This document shows, piece by piece, positions 35,410 through 42,860 of a stretch of 64,000 nt of DNA. The position numbers were made by a program, and so were the translations under genes. A model generated the notes under the pieces. It was not told where the DNA came from. It saw only the letters and a list, made by a program, of their open reading frames with translations, and made no database searches. How positions within the stretch are numbered: position 1 is the first letter of the stretch; every line of letters starts with the position of its first letter. Source of the DNA: Eubacteriales bacterium (lineage in GTDB: Bacteria; Bacillota; Clostridia; Oscillospirales; CAG-272); the NCBI GenBank assembly GCA_045544955.1, contig JAZPZY010000029.1, positions 24,412 through 88,411 on the forward strand, given 5' to 3'.

Positions 35410-36237
35410 ATGAGCGGTACGATCTATAAATTTGAGAGGGAAATGCTGAAGGGGGAAGACATCCACATCCGGAAAAAGAGCGATAACGCTTATTACAAAA
35501 AGCATTGGCACAACTATTTTGAGATTATCTATTACAAGAACTGTGCAGGCTATTGCTCTTTGAACGGGATGGAATACCCGCTGCGGGGGAACTGCCTCTT
35601 TTTTCTCACGCCCAGTGACTTTCACCAAATCGTAACAGAGGAGGTACCGGATTCTTACGCACTGATCATTTCCTTCAGCGAGCAGATCGCAGATAAAAAA
35701 ATACTGGAAAAGCTCACCGGAGAGGCCATCGTGCTGTACGATCTTCCGCCGCTTCTCGCCGGGCAGATCGAAGAGCTGTACACGGTATTCAGCGGAAAAT
35801 CCGCCTTTCGGGAGAGATACCTCCATCACCTGCTCAACTGCATCCTGATCTGTATTCTGGAACAGGGACAGCGTGTGTTGCCGGCGGCAAAGGATATCCA
35901 TCCTATCGTCAGAGAAAGCATCGCGTATATGCTGGCTAATCCATCCGCACCTATCACGCTTCATACCTTTGCCGAAAAATTCTGCATTACGGAAGCTTAT
36001 TTCTCCCATCTGTTTCATGAGAACGCCGGCGTTTCCTTCAAGCAGTATCTGACCTCCTTGCGGATGGAGTGTGCCAAACGAATGCTGTCTGAAGGGGAGT
36101 TTTCCGTGATCGACGTGGGATTTGAGTGCGGCTTTGTCAGCCCGTCCCAGTTTTCCCGCAGCTTCAAAAAGCACACAGGCATGACGCCTTCGGAATACCG
36201 TGCGAAGAAGAACTCGGCGGCTGGAATGACGGGGTAA
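35410..36237 (+). CDS. AraC-family transcriptional regulator, divergent from the GH42 operon
   Basis: AGGAGGAG RBS. C-terminal HTH (ITEAYFSHLFHENAGVSFKQYLTSLRM...SQFSRSFKKHTGMTPSEYR). Confidence 0.85.
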   Translation: MSGTIYKFEREMLKGEDIHIRKKSDNAYYKKHWHNYFEIIYYKNCAGYCSLNGMEYPLRGNCLFFLTPSDFHQIVTEEVPDSYALIISFSEQIADKKILEKLTGEAIVLYDLPPLLAGQIEELYTVFSGKSAFRERYLHHLLNCILICILEQGQRVLPAAKDIHPIVRESIAYMLANPSAPITLHTFAEKFCITEAYFSHLFHENAGVSFKQYLTSLRMECAKRMLSEGEFSVIDVGFECGFVSPSQFSRSFKKHTGMTPSEYRAKKNSAAGMTG

Positions 36238-36270
36238 GGCGTATCGGTCTATAAGAAATTAACGGTGGAT

Positions 36271-36479
36271 TTTTTTGTGCACATTTTCATGATAGCACAA
36301 AGAAAACGCACCCGAAATCAACTGATTTCGGGTGTTTTCTCCCTTGTCACGCTCGCTGTTTCGCCTACCGGCGGAGGTCACGCTCCAAGCCCATGACCTC
36401 CTCCGTCGGTCATGAAAGGGAAGTCCATGCTCACATCGAGAAACGAGAAAAGCCACCTAATCGGGTGGCTTTTCGTTTC
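36271..36479. repeat. Composite intergenic repeat R2 (E1 terminator, CATGACC/GGTCATG hairpin, second terminator)
   Basis: Three parts:
- 36309-36338: CACCCGAAATCA-AC-TGATTTCGGGTG + TTTT (terminator of the AraC gene, + strand).
- 36392-36414: CATGACC-N9-GGTCATG.
- 36440-36479: GAAACGAGAAAAGCCACC-TAATC-GGGTGGCTTTTCGTTTC (terminator of GH43, - strand).
The core CGCTCCAAGCCCATGACCTCCTCCGTCGGTCATG recurs at 37557-37590 and 63578-63604. Confidence 0.8.
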
Positions 36480-36516
36480 TGTGTTGTGCGTCCTTAATAG
36501 ATGCCTGACGAAATAA

Positions 36517-37392
36517 TCAGGTCATTATCACAGGTTGTAGCTTTCCGTCACAAATAGACAGCTCGTCAATGCACAGTTTGCGATGGTGAGGGTTGGAATC
36601 ACCTATAGAGCGGCGGTGATATGCAACATACCATTTACCGTGATAGCAAAATGCGCTGTTGTGTCCAGGACCGTTGGCGATTTCACCTGCGCTTAATACA
36701 TCTGAATAATAGACAAAATTTGTACAGGGGGTGTCCGAGACGGCAGCCTTAACGCAATACGTACCGTTTGTCCATGATCCTGACGAATACATAAGATGAT
36801 ATTTACCATCAATTTTCATCACGTAAGGAGCTTCGACATACTTAACAGGCGTAAGCTCTCTTGCAATTCCGCCAAAGTTTGGCTGAGGCATCGGTTCAAA
36901 GCCGTCCATCATGTCATTCATTTTGCAAACCATTAAATGTGTCCAACCACCATAATACAAATATACACTTCCGTCATCATCTTTGAACAGATGCGCGTCG
37001 ATTGGCTGTGCATTGTTGTAAATGGAATTCAGTAGAGGTCTGCCATCCTCAAATACATTTTTAAAAGGACCTATCGGTTTATCACTCACACCAATATAAA
37101 GTCCGCCGATCTCCGCTTCACTGTGAATATCGTTGGCGGCAAATATGATATAATATTTACCGTTTTTATCAATAACAGTAGGTGCCCACACAGCCTTTGT
37201 AACACCTTTGTAAGTGGACATATCGAGAATATCGTAATGTATTTTGAAATTTTTCAAATCATCCGTTGTTACAAGATCAAGATTTTGTTGGTCCTCATAT
37301 TTCAGCGAACGCGTAACATACATATAAACGGTGTCGCCATACACCCGCGATTCAGGATCGGCATACCAATTTTCAACAATAGGATTTTCCAC
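36517..37392 (-). CDS. GH43-family glycoside hydrolase (beta-xylosidase/alpha-L-arabinofuranosidase type)
   Basis: Start re-placed at GTG 37392 (GGAGG 7 nt upstream), giving VENPIVENWYADPE. Catalytic contexts YADPE, DAHLFKDDDG and VEAPYV. AT-richer than neighbouring genes. Confidence 0.85.
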   Translation of the reverse strand: MENPIVENWYADPESRVYGDTVYMYVTRSLKYEDQQNLDLVTTDDLKNFKIHYDILDMSTYKGVTKAVWAPTVIDKNGKYYIIFAANDIHSEAEIGGLYIGVSDKPIGPFKNVFEDGRPLLNSIYNNAQPIDAHLFKDDDGSVYLYYGGWTHLMVCKMNDMMDGFEPMPQPNFGGIARELTPVKYVEAPYVMKIDGKYHLMYSSGSWTNGTYCVKAAVSDTPCTNFVYYSDVLSAGEIANGPGHNSAFCYHGKWYVAYHRRSIGDSNPHHRKLCIDELSICDGKLQPVIMT

Positions 37393-37458
37393 AATAATAC
37401 CTCCAAAATCTATTTTTACCAACGCTTTTCTTATAGAAATCATCAAATATACATCCTC

Positions 37459-37487
37459 ATTGTACCACGTTTAAGATTTTTTGTCAA
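37459..37487 (-). promoter_or_regulatory. Near-consensus sigma-70-type promoter for GH43
   Basis: Minus strand: TTGACA (37487-37482), 17-nt spacer, TACAAT (37464-37459). This implies a ~60-nt leader to the GTG at 37392. Confidence 0.65.
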
Positions 37488-37524
37488 TGAGTTTACTCAA
37501 TCGTTTCATCTTGGGTTTCAAGTT

Positions 37525-37713
37525 ATTCACCCGCCTAACCGCCACCGGCGGCGGTCGCGCTCCAAGCCCACTCCCTCCTCCGTCGGTCATGGAAGGGAAC
37601 AGTTCTCATCTCACAGGCGAAACGAAAGAAAACAGCCACCCTACGATGACTGCTTTCTTTCGTTTGGTTGCGAGGATGGGATTTGAACCTCATGACCTCC
37701 GGGTTATGAGGGG
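37525..37713 (-). repeat. Composite repeat R3: tRNA-Met(CAU)-like 3' half, terminator hairpin, GGTCATG-containing core
   Basis: Three parts:
- 37665-37713 on the minus strand: CCCCTCATAACCCGGAGGTCATGAGGTTCAAATCCCATCCTCGCAACCA.
- 37621-37665: hairpin AACGAAAGAAAACAG...CTGCTTTCTTTCGTT, positioned to terminate giant paralog 2.
- 37557-37600: core shared with R2 and R5. Confidence 0.8.
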
Positions 37714-37769
37714 ACACGCTTTATAGGCTGAGAATCAACCGTTGATTTGCGATATGTTTTACGCCATAC

Positions 37770-40700
37770 TTACGGAAAATCGATGGTGATCTTTGCAGTA
37801 TAGGTATTGCTCGTACCGCAGTTTGAGGCAAATACCACGTATTTATCCGGCAGTTCGGTGACGTTGTTTACCGTGAAGGTCATGGTTTTGATGGCGGCGG
37901 CATGACCGTTGTCCGCATACTGATGGCTCCACAGGGTATAGTCGTTGCCCGTTTTGCCCCACTGTCTGTCCGTCTTGATCTCTACGATCTTACCCTCGCC
38001 GTCGACCACCATAAAGTCGAACAGCCAGGAGTTCAGATTGAAGTTCACGTCCACGCGGAGTTTTTTCGCCTCTGCGTCAAAAGCGTATTCCACCTCGGCG
38101 GTCTTGCCGAAGGTTTTATAGTTGCCGGCCTTGTCCGAATTTGCCACGGTCAGTGCTTTTTCCCAATCTCCGTCGCTTACGGGCAGGGCCAGAACCTCCG
38201 CACGCACGTCTACGGTAACGGCGGCTTTTTCTTCCGCCACGGCCGGCGCTTCCTCCTTCGGCTTCTCGGCGAAGGGATCGATCACAGTGGGACCTACCTC
38301 GGAGATCATGGAAACGTTATCCACGTACACGGCGTTATGGCCGGAGGCGATATCCATCATGACGTTGCGGATCTCAAGCTGACTGAGGCCTTCCTTGGTG
38401 GGCTCAGCCACGATGTCCTCTGCCTTCAGGATCTCCTTACCGTCGATCTTGAAGACTGCGGCACCCTTACCGTCAAAGTCGACGGTCCAGGTATGGAACT
38501 TGTCATCTGCGGGAAGCTGGATCTTCTGCACGATATCGTCGCCGGCGCGGCTCTTCTGGGACAAGTGAATGACGGCGTTATTGCCGGCGGCATCCTTTTC
38601 CATGCCGTTCAGCACGAAATACAGAAGCGGAGCGCCCGGTGTGACGATCTCAAAGACCAGACCTCGCCAGGTAGGCAGCTTTGCGGGTATCATGAGCGAT
38701 TCGATCTTCAAATCCATCGAAAGCGTATAGGAGGTACCCACGCCGTTTGTGGGAATCAAAAGGCTGGCGTACCGCTGGGCATTTTTGGCCTCGCCGCCGA
38801 TATAGAGCTGTCCCTCAGGCACAGCCGCATCCATGGCGTGATCGGCAATGTAATATTCCGGGTATTTGTTTTCGCCCCGCTTTACGATGGGGCTGGCGAG
38901 AGAATCGCAGTCGTACTGGAAGATCACGCGCTTTCCGCCCGGATCCGTAACCTTGGCGGGCTGAGGCTGCACAAGGGACGTGGGATAGATAAAGTTATAC
39001 CACTTCATCATGCGGGTGGCGTTCTGCACGTTTTTGAACATGGCATCGGTGCCCGACCAGTTGAAGGTGAACACGCCGTCCGCACCGGCCGCATAGAAGT
39101 CGTAGATGCGGAGCATGATGTCCATTGCGTCCACGGACTCACCGCCCCGGACGCTTCCGCCGGCGGCAAGGAGATCCTCCTCTGCCTTGGTCAGATCGTG
39201 GCCGGAGAGCGTAGCGTTTACGCCCAGGTAGAATTCCACCTCGGGATGCTCGTCAAAGTAGGCGATATACTCATCGAAATCGAAGAAAGTCTCATGTCCC
39301 TGGGCGGAGATGTATACACGGTCAACCCAGCCGTTTTCCACCCAATCCTTATAGTTAAGGCCCCAGCCCAGCGCCAGCTCCTGCACGGGATCAAGAACAC
39401 GCACGGTGAGCTTCTTGCCCTTCGGCAGATCGTCATGCACGCTCTTCACGAACTCGTTCATGATTTTGGTACGTTCTGCCACGTCCTTCACCTCGTCGCC
39501 GAAGATCCAGTAGTAGCGGCCGAAATCCATGAGGATACCGGTCACGTTTTCCGGCTGTGCCATTTCCACCAGAATATCGTGCAGATACGCACGGTATCCT
39601 TCGTGATAATAGCTGAGCTGTCCGCCGCCCTCTCTCACCCATTCGGGATGGAGGTGATAGAGAGAGCCGGTCATGAAGGCGTAGTCTGTGCCCATGAAGT
39701 GGGACATACGGAGAGATACGTAGAACTGGCCGTCCTCGATCTGCTCCGCCATCATATCGGAGAGAACCTTATGGGGATAGCCGATCTCGTTCAGTGCACG
39801 CATATTGGCGTAGGCATTCTTATCGAGATTACGCATGATCTCGTCGAACTCCAGATGCTCACCCTCGGTATTCACGTGGTCAAGGAAATCCTTGGGCCAC
39901 TTTCCCTCGGGGATATTCAGCTCCTTCAGGCGAGCTTCCACGTGCTTCCACCACGCTTCACTGTTATAGTTCAGTATGGAGGTGGAGAAGGTGCACCAGA
40001 TAAACTGACGCTGGTCGATGTAGGAGTACGGCTGGCTGAAATCCTCGCTGTACAGCGACTCGTAGTTGCCGTTTCTGGTATTGCAGAGGGTGGAATAGCC
40101 GTCGTTGTCGGTGATGAAGGTATGGCTGTCGTCCTCTTTTACGGCGATCTCATACAGCTCGTCGGTGAGGGATACGAATTTCAGATACGCGATCTGTGCT
40201 GTCTTAAGCGGTATGTTTTCAAGGGTGATGCCCGCGCCGTCCGCATCCAGCACGGTGATAAACGCTTCCACGATATTGGTGCTTGCCTTGGCGGTGCCCA
40301 GGTCTGCCTCAGTACCGTTCAGGGTAATGCCCCGGGAGCCTTCCATATAGCCGGCGTACACGGCGTATTTACCGGTAAGCGTCACGGGAACGGTAAGTTC
40401 CTCCACCGTCTCCGAGGGCTGAATGCAAAGAGCAGCACCCTTACTGCTTCCGGTCTCATACTGTACGGTGTACCACTCCGAGCCATCGGCGATCTTCACC
40501 TTTTCAAGATCGTTGAACAGATACGCAACCCCTGCGTCCTCCGCCTTGATCTCCTCATCGGCGGAGACGTTCTTTACGTCCTTATACAGCCAGTAATCGA
40601 AAGTGTACGGCAGTGCATCGGCGTAATTCACTTCCACCGTGCAGAGGCCGGTGAAAGGAATATCCGTAAGCGTAACAGGGACGGCGACGTCCTCCGGTGT

Positions 40701-41690
40701 CAGATCGACGGTCACTGCTTTCTCTTTATCCCCGCGGGGATAGACGGACAGGGACAGTTCGGCCTCCTCCACCAGGCGGTTCAGTTTGGGGGTAACGGTG
40801 AATTTGCCGGCTGTGGCATCAGATGCCACAGCGACTGTTTCGATTTTTGAATAATCCAGCACGGTGCCTTCCGTCACCTTGATATTATCAAAAGTAACGG
40901 AGTTGCCGGTGGAATCCTCCGTCATTTCCATCATAATGTTTTTGAACAGGAATTTGCCGCCCGTACCCTCGTGGTAACCGTCCACCTCCGGGAAATCCTT
41001 TACCAGTTCTCCGTCTATGGAAACGCGGAGCATGCTTACCCCGTCGTACTGGAAGGTCCATTTATGGAACGCGTCGTCCGTGGGGATGGCGATCCGCTCC
41101 ACGTACGCCACGTCAGAGCCGCGCTCCATCTTGGAAACACGGAGGGTAGCGTTCTTGCCGTCCTCGTCCGGCTCGCCCATGTCCTGCAGCACGATATAAA
41201 CAAGCTTATTGTCCGGCAGCTCAAACTCCATAACGAAGCCGCGGAACATAAGGTTCGCCATAGGCGTGAGCAGCGCGTCGATCTTCATATCGATATCGAT
41301 GGTACATGCGGCGTCGGTCATGGCACGGGGGGAGGTGATCGTCATGGTGGCGTAGCGGCCGCCCTTTTCACCGCCCATGTAAACGGTGCCTTTTTCCACG
41401 CCTTGTGTGGTCAGATCGGCAAAATAATAGTCCGGATACTTATTGCCGGAAACGGCAGTCACGGACGGATCCAGATAGTTGCAGTTCCAGTTGAAGAGCA
41501 ATTTTCCGGCCGGCTTTTCCTCTTTTTTTGCGTCCTCTTTCTTTGCGTCCTCTGCCTTTGCGGCGGTTTCGGCTTTTTCGGTTTCTGCAGCGTCTTCCGC
41601 GTGCACCGGCCGGCTGAACGTGGGCAGAACGCCCGCCAGCATGACCGCCGCCAGAAGAAACGCGCAGATTCTCATTTGCATACGCTTCAT
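37770..41690 (-). CDS. Giant secreted protein, paralog of 22153-26082 (LamG-like, TIM-barrel-like, LamG-like, beta-sandwich)
   Basis: 1306 aa. Signal peptide with an SPase I-type site (PVHA-ED), not a lipobox. Lys/Glu/Ala-rich linker. Long identical runs with paralog 1 (DDSHTFITDNDGYSTL, IDQRQFIWCTFSTSILNY, GYPHKVLSDM, LPKGKKLTVRVLDP, FYAAGADGVFTFNWSGT). Confidence 0.8.
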   Translation of the reverse strand: MKRMQMRICAFLLAAVMLAGVLPTFSRPVHAEDAAETEKAETAAKAEDAKKEDAKKEEKPAGKLLFNWNCNYLDPSVTAVSGNKYPDYYFADLTTQGVEKGTVYMGGEKGGRYATMTITSPRAMTDAACTIDIDMKIDALLTPMANLMFRGFVMEFELPDNKLVYIVLQDMGEPDEDGKNATLRVSKMERGSDVAYVERIAIPTDDAFHKWTFQYDGVSMLRVSIDGELVKDFPEVDGYHEGTGGKFLFKNIMMEMTEDSTGNSVTFDNIKVTEGTVLDYSKIETVAVASDATAGKFTVTPKLNRLVEEAELSLSVYPRGDKEKAVTVDLTPEDVAVPVTLTDIPFTGLCTVEVNYADALPYTFDYWLYKDVKNVSADEEIKAEDAGVAYLFNDLEKVKIADGSEWYTVQYETGSSKGAALCIQPSETVEELTVPVTLTGKYAVYAGYMEGSRGITLNGTEADLGTAKASTNIVEAFITVLDADGAGITLENIPLKTAQIAYLKFVSLTDELYEIAVKEDDSHTFITDNDGYSTLCNTRNGNYESLYSEDFSQPYSYIDQRQFIWCTFSTSILNYNSEAWWKHVEARLKELNIPEGKWPKDFLDHVNTEGEHLEFDEIMRNLDKNAYANMRALNEIGYPHKVLSDMMAEQIEDGQFYVSLRMSHFMGTDYAFMTGSLYHLHPEWVREGGGQLSYYHEGYRAYLHDILVEMAQPENVTGILMDFGRYYWIFGDEVKDVAERTKIMNEFVKSVHDDLPKGKKLTVRVLDPVQELALGWGLNYKDWVENGWVDRVYISAQGHETFFDFDEYIAYFDEHPEVEFYLGVNATLSGHDLTKAEEDLLAAGGSVRGGESVDAMDIMLRIYDFYAAGADGVFTFNWSGTDAMFKNVQNATRMMKWYNFIYPTSLVQPQPAKVTDPGGKRVIFQYDCDSLASPIVKRGENKYPEYYIADHAMDAAVPEGQLYIGGEAKNAQRYASLLIPTNGVGTSYTLSMDLKIESLMIPAKLPTWRGLVFEIVTPGAPLLYFVLNGMEKDAAGNNAVIHLSQKSRAGDDIVQKIQLPADDKFHTWTVDFDGKGAAVFKIDGKEILKAEDIVAEPTKEGLSQLEIRNVMMDIASGHNAVYVDNVSMISEVGPTVIDPFAEKPKEEAPAVAEEKAAVTVDVRAEVLALPVSDGDWEKALTVANSDKAGNYKTFGKTAEVEYAFDAEAKKLRVDVNFNLNSWLFDFMVVDGEGKIVEIKTDRQWGKTGNDYTLWSHQYADNGHAAAIKTMTFTVNNVTELPDKYVVFASNCGTSNTYTAKITIDFP

Positions 41691-41752
41691 TGTGGATAAT
41701 CCTTTCTGTTATTTAATAGAAATATCGTCTTCAAGTATTATGTTTGTTAATG

Positions 41753-42841
41753 TCAGACATCAGTAGTTTGCTCTTTTTTCAGTGCGTGTCGGTAGAGAAA
41801 ATGGGCAGCGGCTGCGGCACAGATACCGCCGATCAGTTTTCCGAGGATCATGCCGTCGAGAAACGTGTCGTCAAACGCCATGGTAAACGCAAGATGATCC
41901 CCGAACACAAAGGAAGCGGATACCGCGAACGCCATGTTCATCATGATTCCCTTGGCATCCATTTTTTCGATCATGGCAAACATGGGAATGCTGTTGGACA
42001 AAGAGGCAATCAGTCCCACGACGGACGTCTCGTTGATCTTCAGCAGTTTTCCGAAAGCAATCAGCGGCTTTTTCAGAAGCCGCGATGCGATGGCGATCAG
42101 CGGGAATACCCCAGCCAGCGTAACGGCAATGCCCCATACCGATTCAAACGCCACCCCAATGGATTCCATGTGAGGGATCAGTTTGATACCGGTGAAATAG
42201 TCAAAAATGCCTGCCGCCAGGCCGATGGTGATTACGATTACCACAATATTGCCGATGACAGAGAAGATCTTCCGGCTTACGTCCGCGTTCCATATCAGTC
42301 CGAGGCACACAATACCGGACATAAGGATCACCGGAAGAAGATTCCAAAGCAGAGCGAGAGGCGGACATCCCTCGATTAAACCGCCCGCGATGCAGCCGAG
42401 CGGCATGGTTACAATACCGCAGAGGATGCCGTTTAAGATATCCTTGTGGTATTTTTTATCCACGGTGCGAAGGGGAACCGGAACGGTAAAGCAGATGGTA
42501 ACGCCCAGCATGGAGGCAACGATCAATCCGTTAAACCCGCCCCATACCGTATCCGGGGACAACTGCTTTGCCAGCGGGGCACCGCCCATGTCGTTGGCAA
42601 GAAATCCTGCGACGAAGGACGGATCCAGGTGAAGCAGATCGGACAGCGGTCCGAACACGGGAATGATGACTTTTGAAAGCGTAGGAGCCAAAACGATCAT
42701 ACCGATCATAGCCATAGCCAGAGAGCCGGTGGCGAGGATGCCCTTTTCAAACTCTTCGCCGATTTTCAAATGGTTGCCCGTGATCCGGTCAAGGGCACCG
42801 AGAAGGGCAAACACGCCGAGAACGATTTGCAGAATATTCAT
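41753..42841 (-). CDS. eutH: EutH-family permease (ethanolamine-utilisation-protein-H-like membrane protein)
   Basis: Polytopic membrane protein colinear with E. coli EutH from memory: ALDRI, FEKG...AMAMIGM..LAPTL, DPSFVAGFLANDMGGAPLAK, IPMFAMIEKMD..G, AFAVSASFVFGDHLAF, GKLIGG. Start probably the second ATG (42841; GGAGG 7 nt upstream). Confidence 0.8.
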   Translation of the reverse strand: MNILQIVLGVFALLGALDRITGNHLKIGEEFEKGILATGSLAMAMIGMIVLAPTLSKVIIPVFGPLSDLLHLDPSFVAGFLANDMGGAPLAKQLSPDTVWGGFNGLIVASMLGVTICFTVPVPLRTVDKKYHKDILNGILCGIVTMPLGCIAGGLIEGCPPLALLWNLLPVILMSGIVCLGLIWNADVSRKIFSVIGNIVVIVITIGLAAGIFDYFTGIKLIPHMESIGVAFESVWGIAVTLAGVFPLIAIASRLLKKPLIAFGKLLKINETSVVGLIASLSNSIPMFAMIEKMDAKGIMMNMAFAVSASFVFGDHLAFTMAFDDTFLDGMILGKLIGGICAAAAAHFLYRHALKKEQTTDV

Positions 42842-42860
42842 CGTCATTCCTCCGTAAAGG

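Noticed and set aside
37902-40850. Very long antisense ORFs opposite the giant genes and other real genes. Examples: 37902-40850 (982 aa), 57943-60180 (745 aa), 61081-62562, 22915-24165, 33461-35413, 44061-45401, 45554-47125, 27965-29224, 30848-32269, 48542-49939, 8245-9588 and 6907-8106.
   Set aside because: These are shadow ORFs typical of GC-rich coding DNA. Their translations are low-complexity and G/R/H/V-rich with no motifs, they lack RBSs, and each fully overlaps a gene with clear family motifs on the other strand.
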